Shown: piece after piece, positions 27,610-40,296 of the stretch
Position numbering within the stretch: position 1 is the first letter of the stretch
Layout of the letters: each line of letters opens with the position of its first letter
From: Callorhinchus milii
Lineage: Eukaryota
Length of the DNA: 64,000 nucleotides
Direction: 5' to 3'
NCBI RefSeq assembly: GCF_018977255.1
Contig: NW_024704743.1
Location: 61,816,001-61,880,000 of the forward strand
Notes under the pieces: model-generated
Databases searched by the model: none
Told to the model about the DNA's origin: nothing
Seen by the model: only the letters and a program-made list of their open reading frames with translations
Program-made: the position numbers and the translations under genes

Positions 27610-28020
27610 AGAGGCGAGCAACGAAGATGATCTGCAGCAGTGCTAGTGGAATGAGTTATAAGCAATGCTTAAACAAGCTGGGGCTCCTCAATCTTGAGAG
27701 AGGATGACTTAGTAGGCACCTCATAGAAGTGTATAAAACTAAATGAGATTCAAAAGTAAACCCAGAACAATACTTAAGGATGCACCAAGACAATTGAGTA
27801 AGAAGCCATAGTTACAAAGAACAATTTCAGGACCACATATTAGGAAGTTTTTCTTTACCCAGAGGATAATTAACAACTGGAACAGGTTGCCAGGAGAGGT
27901 GGTTGAGGCCAGGACACTAGACTCATTTAAAAAACAGCTTGATGCTGTGATAGGCAGACAGCAGGGTGGGTGTTCAGAAGGATGAGATCAGATGGCTCAA
28001 AGGATCTTCTTTGTTCAAAC
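27610..28020 (+). mobile_element. Old CR1 3' fragment
   Basis: Degenerate LETVQRRATKMI...LFSL..R.LRG.L region and CR1 3'UTR. Confidence 0.65.
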
Positions 28021-28415
28021 CAATGTTGTGATTGCAGCATGAAGAGCTGCCTGCCAAGTGGGAAGCCAGTAGCTCAGTAGTGTGCATAAGCAGTGAATGG
28101 TCCACATTGCAACCGTGTTATAAGCAAATGTGTGTTACAGTGAAGCACATTATGATGGGCTGCACTATACACACTTACTTACTGAGTGATAATTCACCTC
28201 TGATTTGATGCAAGAATTATTTGCATATGGCTCATTTGAAAAACAAACAAAATAAATTATTCTTGGTTGGCTTATTCTTGGATTAATGTGGTACATCATT
28301 CCTTACGGAGATGGATGCAAGTAGAGCAATTCATTGTCCTATAAGAAGTCTAATAAGCATTCAACTCATCTGTGGTCTTATACTTAGCCCAGTAAATGAA
28401 AAATTTATGTCTCAC

Positions 28416-28601
28416 CTAATAGCATCAATTGGAGATCGCCTACGTTTTCGCTCATGCTCAGGGACTACATGCCAGGTAAACACCAGATTCCAGTCAAAGC
28501 CGCCAATCTGAGGCTCTCCAGCATTTCCCAGGTACTCAAAGGTATTCCAATCAATGACGTCAATCACAGGACACACAACAGCACTTTCCTCCTCATGGAT
28601 T
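28416..28601 (-). CDS. galnt12: GALNT12 copy A exon 4
   Basis: IHEEESAVVCPVIDVIDWNTFEYLGNAGEPQIGGFDWNLVFTWHVVPEHERKRRRSPIDAIR; 186 nt; AG/GT. Confidence 0.95.
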
Positions 28602-28954
28602 CTGCAGAAGATTCAAATCAAGTACCAGCACAAATGAGCTGTAATCTATATTTACAATTCATGGCGAAGACTTGATATGCTGAAAATATTACAGTCAGGT
28701 GCCATTATAATGCAGTGTTTGGGTCCACAAAATCAGACTATTATATATTTCAAGCGGTTGCTGGAACCACAAGACCTAGGGGTACTATGAGGTGAACGTT
28801 AAAAATTCCAAGACACTATTAAACAGATAAGGCTGGGTCTCCCAATATCAGGGCCTAGATAGATTTGTCATTCACTTTATAGCTGTTTGAGAAATTTGCT
28901 ATGCACAAATTGTTCAAAGCAATTTGCGTAAAATGGAGAGTCAGTGCATTTCAC

Positions 28955-29335
28955 AATTCTGGCTACATAGGTGGAAATGGTAAATCATTTGAGTTTAGGT
29001 CCCCAGACGCCATACTCAGTCTGTACACTGCTCTGGTCAAACTGCACTTAGAACACTGCAAACACTTCTGGTCACTGAGACATAAGGGAACTGCCCAGGT
29101 TCTGGAGGCAGTGCAGGGGAGAGCAAAGGGGATGATCCCCAATGTTAGAGGAATGAGCTATGGGCAACAATTAGGCGACCTGGAACTCTTCAGTCTTGAG
29201 AAATGACTCACAGGGGACCAAAGTGGTGTATAAAATTTTAAATAGGTTTGAAAAAGTAAACCCAAACACATACTGCAAGATGTACCAATACAGTAGAACA
29301 AGAGGACATAGATGTAGAGTTGCAAAGGGCAATAG
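28955..29335 (+). mobile_element. Old CR1 fragment
   Basis: LSLYTALVKLHLEHC..FWS...LEAVQGRAKGMIP...LELFSLEK. Confidence 0.75.
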
Positions 29336-30322
29336 ACATTAATTTTAATTCAAACCAAAGCTATTTAGTGTAATTTTCTCAGTAATTAAACTAATAAGTT
29401 AAATACAGCAACAAACAGATACCAGCAATGGTACTAAGATTATCGAAGTTTATCCAATCTGTAAGTTTTTACAAACAAACATTCATTTGTTTTCCATTAT
29501 TGCAATGAAGGTCAGGTACAATAAGTAACTGCTCAAAATGAAGGACATCGAAATGTAATCCGTAATCTCAGTATAACTATTTTTTGATCAACAGAATTCT
29601 CCATTATGCCTTTTAAAAACTCCCATTAACTACAATTTGATTTAAGTACATAAGTGTGCATAACATCCAAGACTAGATTATTGCTCCTTTATCTCCTACC
29701 ACTTTATTCACACTGCCAGAGGGGATAAAACAGGTTTTATTTCTGGTGCGGTATCCCCAAGTCTCTAACCACTTTCACCTTTCTCATTGCTAACTTCCAA
29801 CTATGTTCATCTTTTCTATTTTACGAATGGAACTGTGGTTAATATTTCTCCTAACTTTCCCAAGTTCCAAACACAGTCTGTGATTCTTACATGCTCTTCC
29901 TGTATCTGTCTTCCTTCCTCACTGTGTGTTTAAGTCAATCACTGCAACAGAACCTTTCCAAGAACCTCAAATTATTTCTTCCTCCTAAATTTCTAAACTT
30001 GGCATTACCAAACACTTCAGAACTTCTTGATTTATTTATCTCTTTTTACCATTCTAGTGCTTCCTCCTACATCCACTCTTAATTGTGCATGAACCTCAAT
30101 AATAGTAAATCTGTTACAGCCTCGCCGTTTTTTGGATTATAGTATATTGAATCCCTGCACTGCAGATCTTGGTTGTTCACTTAAGTTTTTCAAAAAAATC
30201 TGTCTGTTCAGTAACCGCTTGATTTGGAGTGGAGTGAGAATTTATCCTTTTTAGGAGAGGGATACTTGATAAAAATTGGAATTATAAATATGAATGATCT
30301 AAATGTAAGAGTTTGATCCTAC

Positions 30323-30512
30323 CTTTCCAACAGTGGCTCCAGCCAGCCTATGTGGCATTCACAGTGACAATCCAAGAATGTCAAGACATCACCTGTTGCT
30401 ATAGATGCACCCAGCAATCGTGCACGAACCAAACCTTCTCTCTTTCCCGCACGAATCAGACGTACTTTGCGAAGAGAAGCAATGTAGTCTTCTAAACGTT
30501 GTTTTAGGTGTT
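30323..30512 (-). CDS. galnt12: GALNT12 copy A exon 3 (DxH motif)
   Basis: [64 protein letters not shown]; 190 nt; AG/GT. Confidence 0.95.
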
Positions 30513-32426
30513 CTGTTGGAGCAAAGAAAGGAACGAAACAGAGATACAGAGTTCATGGGTTTTAAGTTGTTTGGGTTATAAGAATACTTAAAACAGTTAA
30601 TTATGTACACAGTCAATTTACACATTCCAAACTGAGCTTCTTCATGTATTGTGTTAAGCATGGAGCAGAAAAACACCATTTAGAGTACTGCAACACAAGA
30701 TCTATTTGGCTAAGGTAGACAAAATACTGTTTGTCCCAGTTTATCTTGCTCCTTCTTGTGGACAGTATCTGGAATTAAAGATGTTAGAAATGAAAATGGA
30801 ATGTGATCTGAAGGTGCAAGAGCACTGACATAAAAAAATCCTGTGTTTTTTACCATTTACTGCTTCCTCATATCTACTCTCAATTATGCTTAATTCTCCA
30901 TAATATTAAACCTGTTACGACTTTTTGATTTTGATCTTTTTTATTGTAATGTATTGAACTTTTTATATATTGCCTTGTGATACAGAAATAAACCATTTCA
31001 CTGCCTTTTATGATTATTGGCAATTAACTCACATGTAAAAGTTGCTAGCAAGGGCTGGACTGCAATCAGCTTTGTTTAGAGTTTGTCATAATTGGGAGTG
31101 TGAGAGGAGAGTCTGGAGAACTAAGATATATATAGAGCTTCAATAAAATATTTTTATTATTAAAGCTATTGTGCAAGTTTTGTTTTTTGGGTGTGACTAC
31201 AAGCATTCAATATTGTTTTGCACAGTTGCACTGTTCCATGAGTGTGCATCATTTTCCTATAATGTTCCATAATGCTCTTTCTTCATGTGCGAGTCTCCAA
31301 TGAATGTTTGTAGGCTATTCAACTGCAGCAGACATTCCAGCTGATCATGACCTTCACTTCACTGTTTTTTCCCCGTTTTCGACAATACCTCACCCCAAAA
31401 GTTACCGAAACCCTTGTCCATGCCTTTGTCATCTCTCAGCTGGACTACTTAATGCCCTCCTCACTGGTCTCCCCTCCTCCATCAATCACAAAATTCAATT
31501 CATCCAAAACTCCACCATCTGCATTCTCATCCGCACCAAACCCCGATTATTCCAGTCCTTGCCATGGAAACACAACGTATTTCTTACCAAAGTAATAAAG
31601 CAAGAATTTGAAACAGGAGTGGCTGTAAGAGCATTGTGGCATCCTGGGAGACTCCAAGTAAAGAATAAAGTATCAATGATCTGTGCTCCATTCATTCACC
31701 AGACAGCTATGTGAAGGTGAATGAAAATTAAATGAAAACGTGTGTGAAAACCAATGACTTCCTCGCTTCAAGATAAAGGCACCAAAAGACCACATTCTGT
31801 TCTTCAAGATTACTTCAAATTACACAAACATAACCTCACTAAAACTCTTCAATTTTAAGTCTGTTGAATAAAAAGCTTCAAGTAAGCTTGATGGGCCATC
31901 AATAAACAGTGGCTGTATGTATGCAACGACTTTTATAAGAAGAATCCTTGCACTTGATAAAGCTCCTCATCACGTTATTGATACGTTTCAAAGCGCTTCA
32001 CAGAAGCTGTCAAGTGAATTGACTGTAAATTCAGTGGGTGAAAAGTGGCCAATTACACACAGCAGTGTCCACAAACAATCATGAATTGAGTGACCAAATT
32101 ATTATTTTTTTAAAAAATTTGAAGGGATTGAATATGTTCAATCACCCACAGAAAAACAGAAGGCAAATAATGATCCAATCTGACACTGAGAGCAAGGAAA
32201 AACACCTGCAGATAGACTGCAGATAGATTGGGGTATGCTGAAGATGAGGTGCTCATTGGTTCCGTCATCCCCAAACGTGAGAAGGAGCTACAAGTTAAAA
32301 TCCAATTCCCAACCATCCCTTCATTTGGTCACTCAATCCACGACTGTTTATGGGACACTGCTGTGCGCAATTGGCAGCCATGTTCACCCACCAAACACAC
32401 AGTCACTACACTTTACAGTATATTTA

Positions 32427-32788
32427 CAGTGGCGTCCTGTAGCGTAGTGGTTAGAGCACTCGCCTCGCAAGCGAGGGGACCTGGGTTCAAATCCCGGGTG
32501 GATCAGGATGAAACCTTAGCCAAGTTTCCTTCCTCCACACACACGCCTCTGTTTACCTAGCAGTAAGTCGGAACCCACTTGTTAGTCGATTGGCAGATCG
32601 TTTTTCTGGGGGTAATAATCCCTTCAAAATAATAATAATAATAATGTGGTCACTCAATAATGTGGGATGTCGCTGTGCGCAATTGGCTGCGCGTTTCACC
32701 CACAAAACACGCAGTCACTCCAATTTACACTATATTGCTTTGAGATGTCGTGATAAGGCGCTATATCAAATGCGAGGATTATTATTAT
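32427..32788 (+). mobile_element. tRNA-Ala(CGC)-derived SINE (family 2), next to or nested in another SINE copy (32326-32426)
   Basis: Head with perfect anticodon arm CTCGC-CT-CGC-AA-GCGAG and T-arm GGTTCAAATCCC; body and tail shared with copies at 9185-9400, 10360-10515, 21830-22030, 37020-37260, 39480-39780, 51410-51590, 52985-53148 and 61330-61595. Confidence 0.8.
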
Positions 32789-33099
32789 CCTTGAACAGCC
32801 ATTTTATATTTTACAGTAATTGCTGCACAGCTTTCTTCATAAAACCTAAAGTCATGTTAAGGCTCTAAGTCATAGATTTTAAGCAATACTGGAATTGTGC
32901 CAATGGGACCGATTAAGCACACTACTTTCTTCTTTCATTTAGTCAAACGTTCAGAACACTACAATCTGGGTTCTGCGATATGCTCAAAGCCTTTTTTTAT
33001 CCATCCATTTGTTCTACAAACATAATTTTGTAGAACAAACATAAAAGAATGTTATTAAGAACACACGAAAAAGGAAACGACCAAAATCACCATTAGACC

Positions 33100-33660
33100 A
33101 TAGGAACAGAAGAGAGCCATTCAGCCCCTCAAGCCTGTTCTGTCATTCTTTCAGATCATGGCTGATCTGTACCTCAACTCCAATTCACTGCTCTTGCCCT
33201 ATCCCTTGATACCCTGACCTAAAAAATATCTATCCACCTTTGTCTTGAAAATGTGAATGGATCCAACATCCACAGCCCTTTGGGGGAGAGAGTTCCAGAT
33301 TTCCACTATCCTTTGGGTGAAACACTGTCTCCTGAAGTGAAATCAGCTTTAGGAGCTCTAGCTCTAATTTTAAGGTTATGCGCCTTATTCTGAATTCCCC
33401 ACCAGAGGAAATAGTTTGTCTGTATCTATCCTATCGAATCCCTTTATTATTTTAAAAACCTCAATCAGATCACCCCTCAACCTTCTAAACTCAAGGGAAT
33501 ACAGACCAAGTTTATGCAACCTGTCCTCATAATTTAACCCTTTAAGCCCTGGTATCATTCTGGAGAATCTGTGCTGCAACCCCTCCAGAGCCAATATACC
33601 CTTCCTGAGGTGCAGCGCCCAAAACTGGACGCAGTACTCCAGAGGGAGTCCAACTAAGGC
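33100..33660 (-). mobile_element. CR1 LINE 3' fragment
   Basis: LEGLQHRFSRMIPGLKGLNYEDRLHKLGLYSLEFRRLRGDLIEVFKIIKG, the typical CR1 ORF2 C-terminus. Confidence 0.9.
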
Positions 33661-33957
33661 TTCACCTGGTCAGTTTTACTACAATGTCATAATGTAACTC
33701 ATCTAATACCCTATTGCTGGTATACCAGCCTAATTCCATTGGCTTCATCCTCTTTCCTTGAACTATATTTGAAATTACCAAATAAGTGAGGTGAGAAAAA
33801 ACATAACATTTATATCAGGTGGTTCAGTATCAGAAGGCTGGTATACAAGCAACAAAGTCTCAGATGAGTTATACCCGCTTAATTGATAAATATATTATAA
33901 CCCTTTAAAATACAGAATATTTCATTAAGAACAAAGCAAGTGACAAGTTGTACTGAC

Positions 33958-34127
33958 CTCGATCACTGTAATCATCCACTACAATGATCTCCTTCAGCAG
34001 AATATCAGGTGAAGTGTCGAGAACACTGTGAATTGTGCGTAGAAGTGTTGACCAGGCCTCATTATAAAATGCTATTACCACTGAAGTGGTTGGAAGGTTG
34101 TTATAATCATATGTCTTCTCTTTGCAC
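33958..34127 (-). CDS. galnt12: GALNT12 copy A exon 2
   Basis: [60 protein letters not shown] boundaries; 170 nt. Confidence 0.95.
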
Positions 34128-36204
34128 CTGGATATAACATAATGTAACACAACATTAAATCTGACATAAGTTATTATGCCATTTCCTATAAGATTGTATC
34201 TTTTTCTTACAGTATTTACCATATAGTTGCCATATACAATTGTGCAATTGAGCCAAACTACTTATAAAATGCATTCAATGTGATAACTATCACAATTGCT
34301 GAAACATGACCAAACACTTTAAAGCAGTATAGTTTTCTTGATAATTTAAATTGCTTTCATTGCTCTATTTTCAAAGTAAAAGTACACATATGTGTGTGAT
34401 GGTGCTTTTGTTATTGTAAATAGATTGTGTTATTGACTTTCAGACCTTTCTTTAAAGAATTATGAGGTGAAATTTGTCTTCACTTCAAATGCAGTATGAA
34501 TTTAATGAGCCAGACTCCTTATAAAATGGACTTAATGTGATAACTATCACAAACTTCAAGTTATTCCTTAATCTGTAACTGAACTAACCACACTCACACC
34601 AACTTCTGCACAGTAAATATTTCCATTCACATTTTTAAAAAAATTTGTGCCATTTTTTTTTCAAACTTTATGAGACTGATTTTACATCCTTGAAGCAGTA
34701 TCGGAGTCCTGATTCACAGGATATTGACTCAAGGATGGTATGGGGCAAGAACAGGTGAGTGACTAAATGGATATGGCTCTCGGAGAGATATGATGGGTCA
34801 AATGGTCTCCTTCTGTACTGCACCACTGTACTTAACGATACGATAGTTCAGATTTAATTGCTTTGAACATAAAGTGATGAATATGTAGAATGGACTTTTC
34901 AAAGAGGTGATGAAAGCAAATTGCATTTGCACATTCAGAAGCAACATGATAGTTATTTGGTAAGGGAGTTGACTGAAAGATATGAAAGACAGCTGTGTTA
35001 CATGAGACAATTTTTTTAAAAAATAATCCATTTAGCCTCAATGTTCTTTTCAGACTTGTACAATTGTATGCACTGCCTTTTGGTGTCTGGGAAATATACT
35101 AAACAAAATGTTTGTGTTCCATTCCACCTTCAAATACACACATTAAGAGGGTTTTTGTTCTTCTCAAGTACCTGGACTGATGCCCAGAACAGTAGATATG
35201 AACTTCAAAGAACAATTACAAAGATGAAATCTCATATCAAAATTTTATATTGATGACATATCCAATAAAGAACAGTTGAAGGTAATCAGAAGTGGCAATT
35301 TTTTAAAAAAAATTCATAAGCTAAGAATGAATTGCATGCCATAATTTCCCATTCTGAGAGAACGCTCTGAGTTCATTATTTTTTTCACCAGCTTGCAAGT
35401 TCACTTTAGCTCAATACATCACTATTGTTAGCTTTTAACAGTAAATCAATAAAATCATTCAAAAGGGAACTGGATAAGCTAGAAATTGTTAATGGAAATG
35501 GGAGCAATTTAGGAAAAAAACATATAGCAGTGGCTCAGACATGATGGCCTCTTTCAGTCCCACAAAATGACGATGATGATGATGTAATATGATAATAAAA
35601 AAATTGGCCACATTTTAGCCATTTCTTAAATGAAATGACACATGGAATCAGGGTATGTATCTCTGGATATAGAAGTAATATAAAAATGGCTAATTGGTCA
35701 TTTTCCTCTGGTAAGATCTAAGCAGGGAAGTTTTTTCCTGTTTTTGGTGGAATAAAGATAGCTTCTGTCTGCTACATGTACATAGAGTGAGCAAACTATA
35801 AATACCACTCCTTGTAATTGTAGACTGTGGTGAATAAAATCAGCAGTGTACTCCAAAATTGTGGCGACTGAAATGAAGGGGAATTGCATCTTTGTGATTG
35901 ATTAGGAAGCTAGAATTTCCTTACTTAACAACCTTCCCCATCAATCATTTAAGTGTGTTTACTACATTACACAGATTTAACACCACTTTCACATAAAGCA
36001 GGAACCTGCCTTGTATTTCGAACACTTCCATGGTTAATTAAAACTTTGTCATACTTTAAGAATTCTACTCAACACCTGACTAGACTTTATTAAAGCAAAA
36101 GACAGCTGCTCTCTACATTTCCCATTTCTGAAAGACGGGCTGAGTGTCTACCTTAACAAATAACAAACAACACACTCTCTTGTAAGTCTGTGTCACTCTG
36201 TTTC

Positions 36205-36615
36205 AGGTTGGCTCAGTTGGTAGCACGCTTGCCTCTGAGTCAGAACATTGTGGGTTCAAATCCCATATCAAGACTTAAAACTCATATAGTCTAATCTGAC
36301 ACTCCAATGCAGTGCTGTGGGTGTGCTGCAATGTTGGGGAGCGCCTTCCTTCAGATGAGACATTAAACAGAGATTCCACATGCCATGGCACTATAAAAAA
36401 AAGGGAAGGGAGTTTCCTGGCCAGCAATCACCCAAATAAAAAAATGGTCACTCACTCCAAGGCTGTTTGTAGGACACTGTTGTGCTCAAATTCATCCACA
36501 AAACAGTCACTCCACCTTAAAATATATCCTAAGAAGCACTTTGGATTTGGTATAGTGCCTTTCTATGTCTTCCTGACACAGAAATGCACTATACCAAATC
36601 CAAGGAATTATTATT
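36205..36615 (+). mobile_element. tRNA-derived DeuSINE-type SINE (family 1)
   Basis: TGGCTCAGTTGG A-box, GGTTCAAATCC B-box, CAGATGAGACATTAAAC core. Related copies near 1316-1825, 38650-39015, 41085-41450, 44430-44610 and 58500-58780. Confidence 0.75.
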
Positions 36616-39600
36616 ATGATGATTATTATAGTTATTCAGCAATTCAAAACTAAAATTACCCTCAATACATTACAAGTATGAAGCATTTAGCACAAAAGGT
36701 ACATTTTTAGAAAATTCCTGGCTATTAGTTAAAAACACTTTTAGAGATACTGAAAACATGATTGAAGTGGACAATTATTAGAGTGAATAATTTCTGACGT
36801 GGACACTTAAATCACATCAGCAGAGCACTACTGCCCTCCAATGGCATGGGTACTGGCTGCTTACTTCCAACAATCTGAAGTAAAGACTGCAGGGTTAAAA
36901 ACAAGATACAAACATTGTAAAGGGGGTTGGCATTTTATGGGCGTCAACAGCTGCCTTAAAATGAATCTCTACTGCAATCAAAGGCACTGCACATAACAAA
37001 CAGAATATCTATAATAATAATAAGGAACCCGATTGTTAGTCAATTGGCGGATCACTTTCTGGGGGTAATAATCCCGTAAAAAAAATTGGTCACTCAATCC
37101 AAGTGTTTGTGGGACACTGCTGTGTGCAATTGGCTGCCACGTTTCTCCCACAAAATACAGTCGCTACACTTTACAATATATTCTGTGAAGCGCTTTAAGA
37201 CGTCTTAACAACATGATAAGGCACTATATCAAATGCAAGGATTATCATTATTATTATTATTTGTTTTGCCTGACTCAGAAAATCTCCCATTCAAAATACT
37301 CAACACATGCTTCTAAATTTCCAAAGCTTTCATAGCATTTATACTAAGGGCCATTCTATTCAAGTAAGCAAAACACAATGAAAATATACAGTACAAGGGA
37401 TATTCACTTCAGTGATAACTATTAGCACTAAGCTACTTCAGAAACAAGTCAATTTCCATGTTCTTTCACGAGAGGACAACACGAGATAGGATTGTAGCTT
37501 GGTCATTTGGAAGATTTGCGGTGATAACCTCTTTCAGGTCTATAATTGATGGCTTGGTGGTGTTACGGATCCTGCTTTCCATGGGTTAACCCACAAAATT
37601 ACTATTTTTGGAAATGTTGTCCCTGGCTTCATATATAGATGGGTTGAGATGTATCCATCTCTTAAATTCTTGCTTATTTACCTCCAGCAGGTGTATGTGC
37701 CTATCAAAGAGCTTCTCTCATCAAAAGGCATTTGTAAGATTTGCTATTGTAATTCTGATGGACATCTTGACAGCCAAGCCATGCAACAAAGCAAGCTTGG
37801 CTCATTGACACATGCCCATTTCCAATAACTGACTGCTGTTGAAGAGAATCGGTTTGCAGTAGGTCAAGTGGTCTTTGCCACTACATGTAGTTTTGACATC
37901 CTGATGAGAAAATGTTGTCAGTGTATTTGGTGACACCGTCTATACCTATAAAGAAATTCAAAACAATCTCAAACAAACTTCTAACCAATCTAGCAATTTG
38001 ATCTTGTCACATGGAATTAATGTTAAGGTTATGGACTTGCCATATTGCCTACAGCTTCAATGCTGCAACCAAATTGGTTGTTTGGGAGAAATATAAAGAC
38101 TTAATATTGGCTTCATATCCCAGCACCCTTCACCTACCTGGAGTCCTTTATGCATGTCACCCAGACTGGTTTGGTTGTGACCAGAACAATGAAACAATCA
38201 GAAAATCTAGAATTATACAGCGCAGAAGGAGGCCATTCAGACCATCGTGTTTGTGCCGGCTCTTTGAAAAGAACTGTCCAAATCAATCCCACTGCCCCGC
38301 ATTCTCCCTATAGCCCTGCAAACGTGTCCTCCCCAATAAGTCACACAAACACACATGCTCAAGATTTGCACCTTTGTGAGATAAAAATAATAACTTTTTA
38401 ATTTGGTGTAGCACCTTTCACATCAGGAGGAGTCTCAAAGTGCTTCACAGGATGGGTGAACTATTAGTTGAGCTACTGAAATCTAGAGCAACAGTTCTAC
38501 TTCTGGTGCCGTGGGCTCTGGAGCTAACATTTTAGTGTCAGGGTCGTCATGCTATTGAATTGGTAAATTAGAGTTACTACTTACTAATTGGTACTGGAAT
38601 TTCTGCTCAAGACTATCTTCATGAAGATCATCTTCCTTGAGTTTGTTATCGTGGCTCAGTTTGTAGCATTCTCACCTCTGGATCAGGTTGGGGGTTTAAA
38701 TTATGTCAGGATGTGAGCATTATCACGTACAATACTTGAAGGCTGTATTGTCAGAGGTGAAGTCTTTCAGATGAGGCATTAAACCATTTACTGTTTTTTT
38801 CTGATAGCCGTTAATGATTCAATGACTCTATTTAACAAAAGGGAGTATCCTGGCCAAAAATCTTCCAGCTTAATTGGACATTGGCCTCATGGCTATATGG
38901 GGTATCTTGATGGCACAAATGTTTGCCAATTAAATTTGATTTTCACTTGACAGTATTTATGTAGGAATCATCTTGAGACATTTTAAACTGATAAGACACT
39001 ACATAAGTGTAATTTCTTTTTTCCTCCACATGTATTCCAGTTCACCTGAGAAAATCTTCAAAGGTGGCTGTTTTGCTCCGAATCCATGGAGCATTCTTGG
39101 GCAAGGTAGAAAATCGGGTTGCTAATCTACTACCAGGCTCTGAAGAAAGGCAATCACTCCTAACAATCTATTCCTTTATATTTCAAGTGTAAAATAGATC
39201 AGGGTTTAAAATTAATAACCCATAAAATAAACACTATATATAACTTTGATCAACAGTAACAGCAGATGGCTAGCATAAGTATTCTCCAACTAAGGTTTTA
39301 AGACTTATTAAGCTCAAAGTCCACAGCCTGTTAACATAGAAATGAATAATGACAAGAACAGATGTTTGTCTGCAATGCTAACAACTTTCAGTCTTCCTGC
39401 AATCAATACAATATCTTTGTGTAACTAAAACAATTAGAAGGTACCTATTTTGTCTACAATTGCAACCGTTTACTTTAAAATAAGCCTTGCATTTGATATA
39501 GCACCTTATCACTTCACTGAGACGTTTCAAAGCGTTTCACAGAATATATTGTAAAGTGGATTGTGGATTGACTATGTTTTTTTGTGGGTGAAACGTGGCA

Positions 39601-40296
39601 GTCAATTGTGTGCAGCAATGTCCCACAAACAGCTGTGGATTGAGTGAATTTTTTTTTGGTGGGTGGGGGCGGATTATTACTCCCGGAAAGCGATCCGCAA
39701 ATCAATTAACAGCCGGATTGCTACTTACTGCAAGGTAAACAGAGGTGTGTGAAGTAAAGAAACTTGCCTAAAGTTTTGCTCTGTCCCATTTACTTTGTAT
39801 TCAGTAGTTTCCGTTTGGATACTGGCAATAAAATTTATTACCATATCCTGCTCGTTTGTAGATATTCAGACAGATATTATCTGATGTTGAGGACTTTAAC
39901 ATGAAGTAGGCTGTCTTTGTCAAGGTTTTAATCCAAGAGCAAATAAGCAGATAAACAGGGCTATAGTATTCCATCACTGGGTGGATGCAGTTGAACGTGG
40001 CAAATAGAGCTGAAATGTCTTTATGATTCACACTCCTTCATCTACTTTACGAGCCATCTTTGCCACTTGTTGATCCAAGAACAGCTGTGATTAATAACTG
40101 ATGATCAGAAACCTTTAGATTAAAAGTGGACAGACAACATCAGGTTCACTGTTATTACTCTATACTTGTTGGATTTATGGGTGTTATTCAAGAATTTAGA
40201 TTTGGAGGTCACTCGGTTACTCTTCAGTTTATATTGCCCTTGGTATCTAATTTTGAGGAAAGGGGATTGGGCCTTGCTTGATTTGTATTTGGTGCC

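Noticed and set aside
32429..32505. Possible tRNA-Ala(CGC) gene
   Set aside because: Anticodon and T arms fold, but the acceptor stem does not pair and the sequence runs into a multi-copy SINE body
39800..40290. Possible coding exon on the minus strand (IHPVMEYYSPV)
   Set aside because: Resembles the LINE RT motif IRPVLEY.SPVW; most likely a decayed retroelement, too degraded to call
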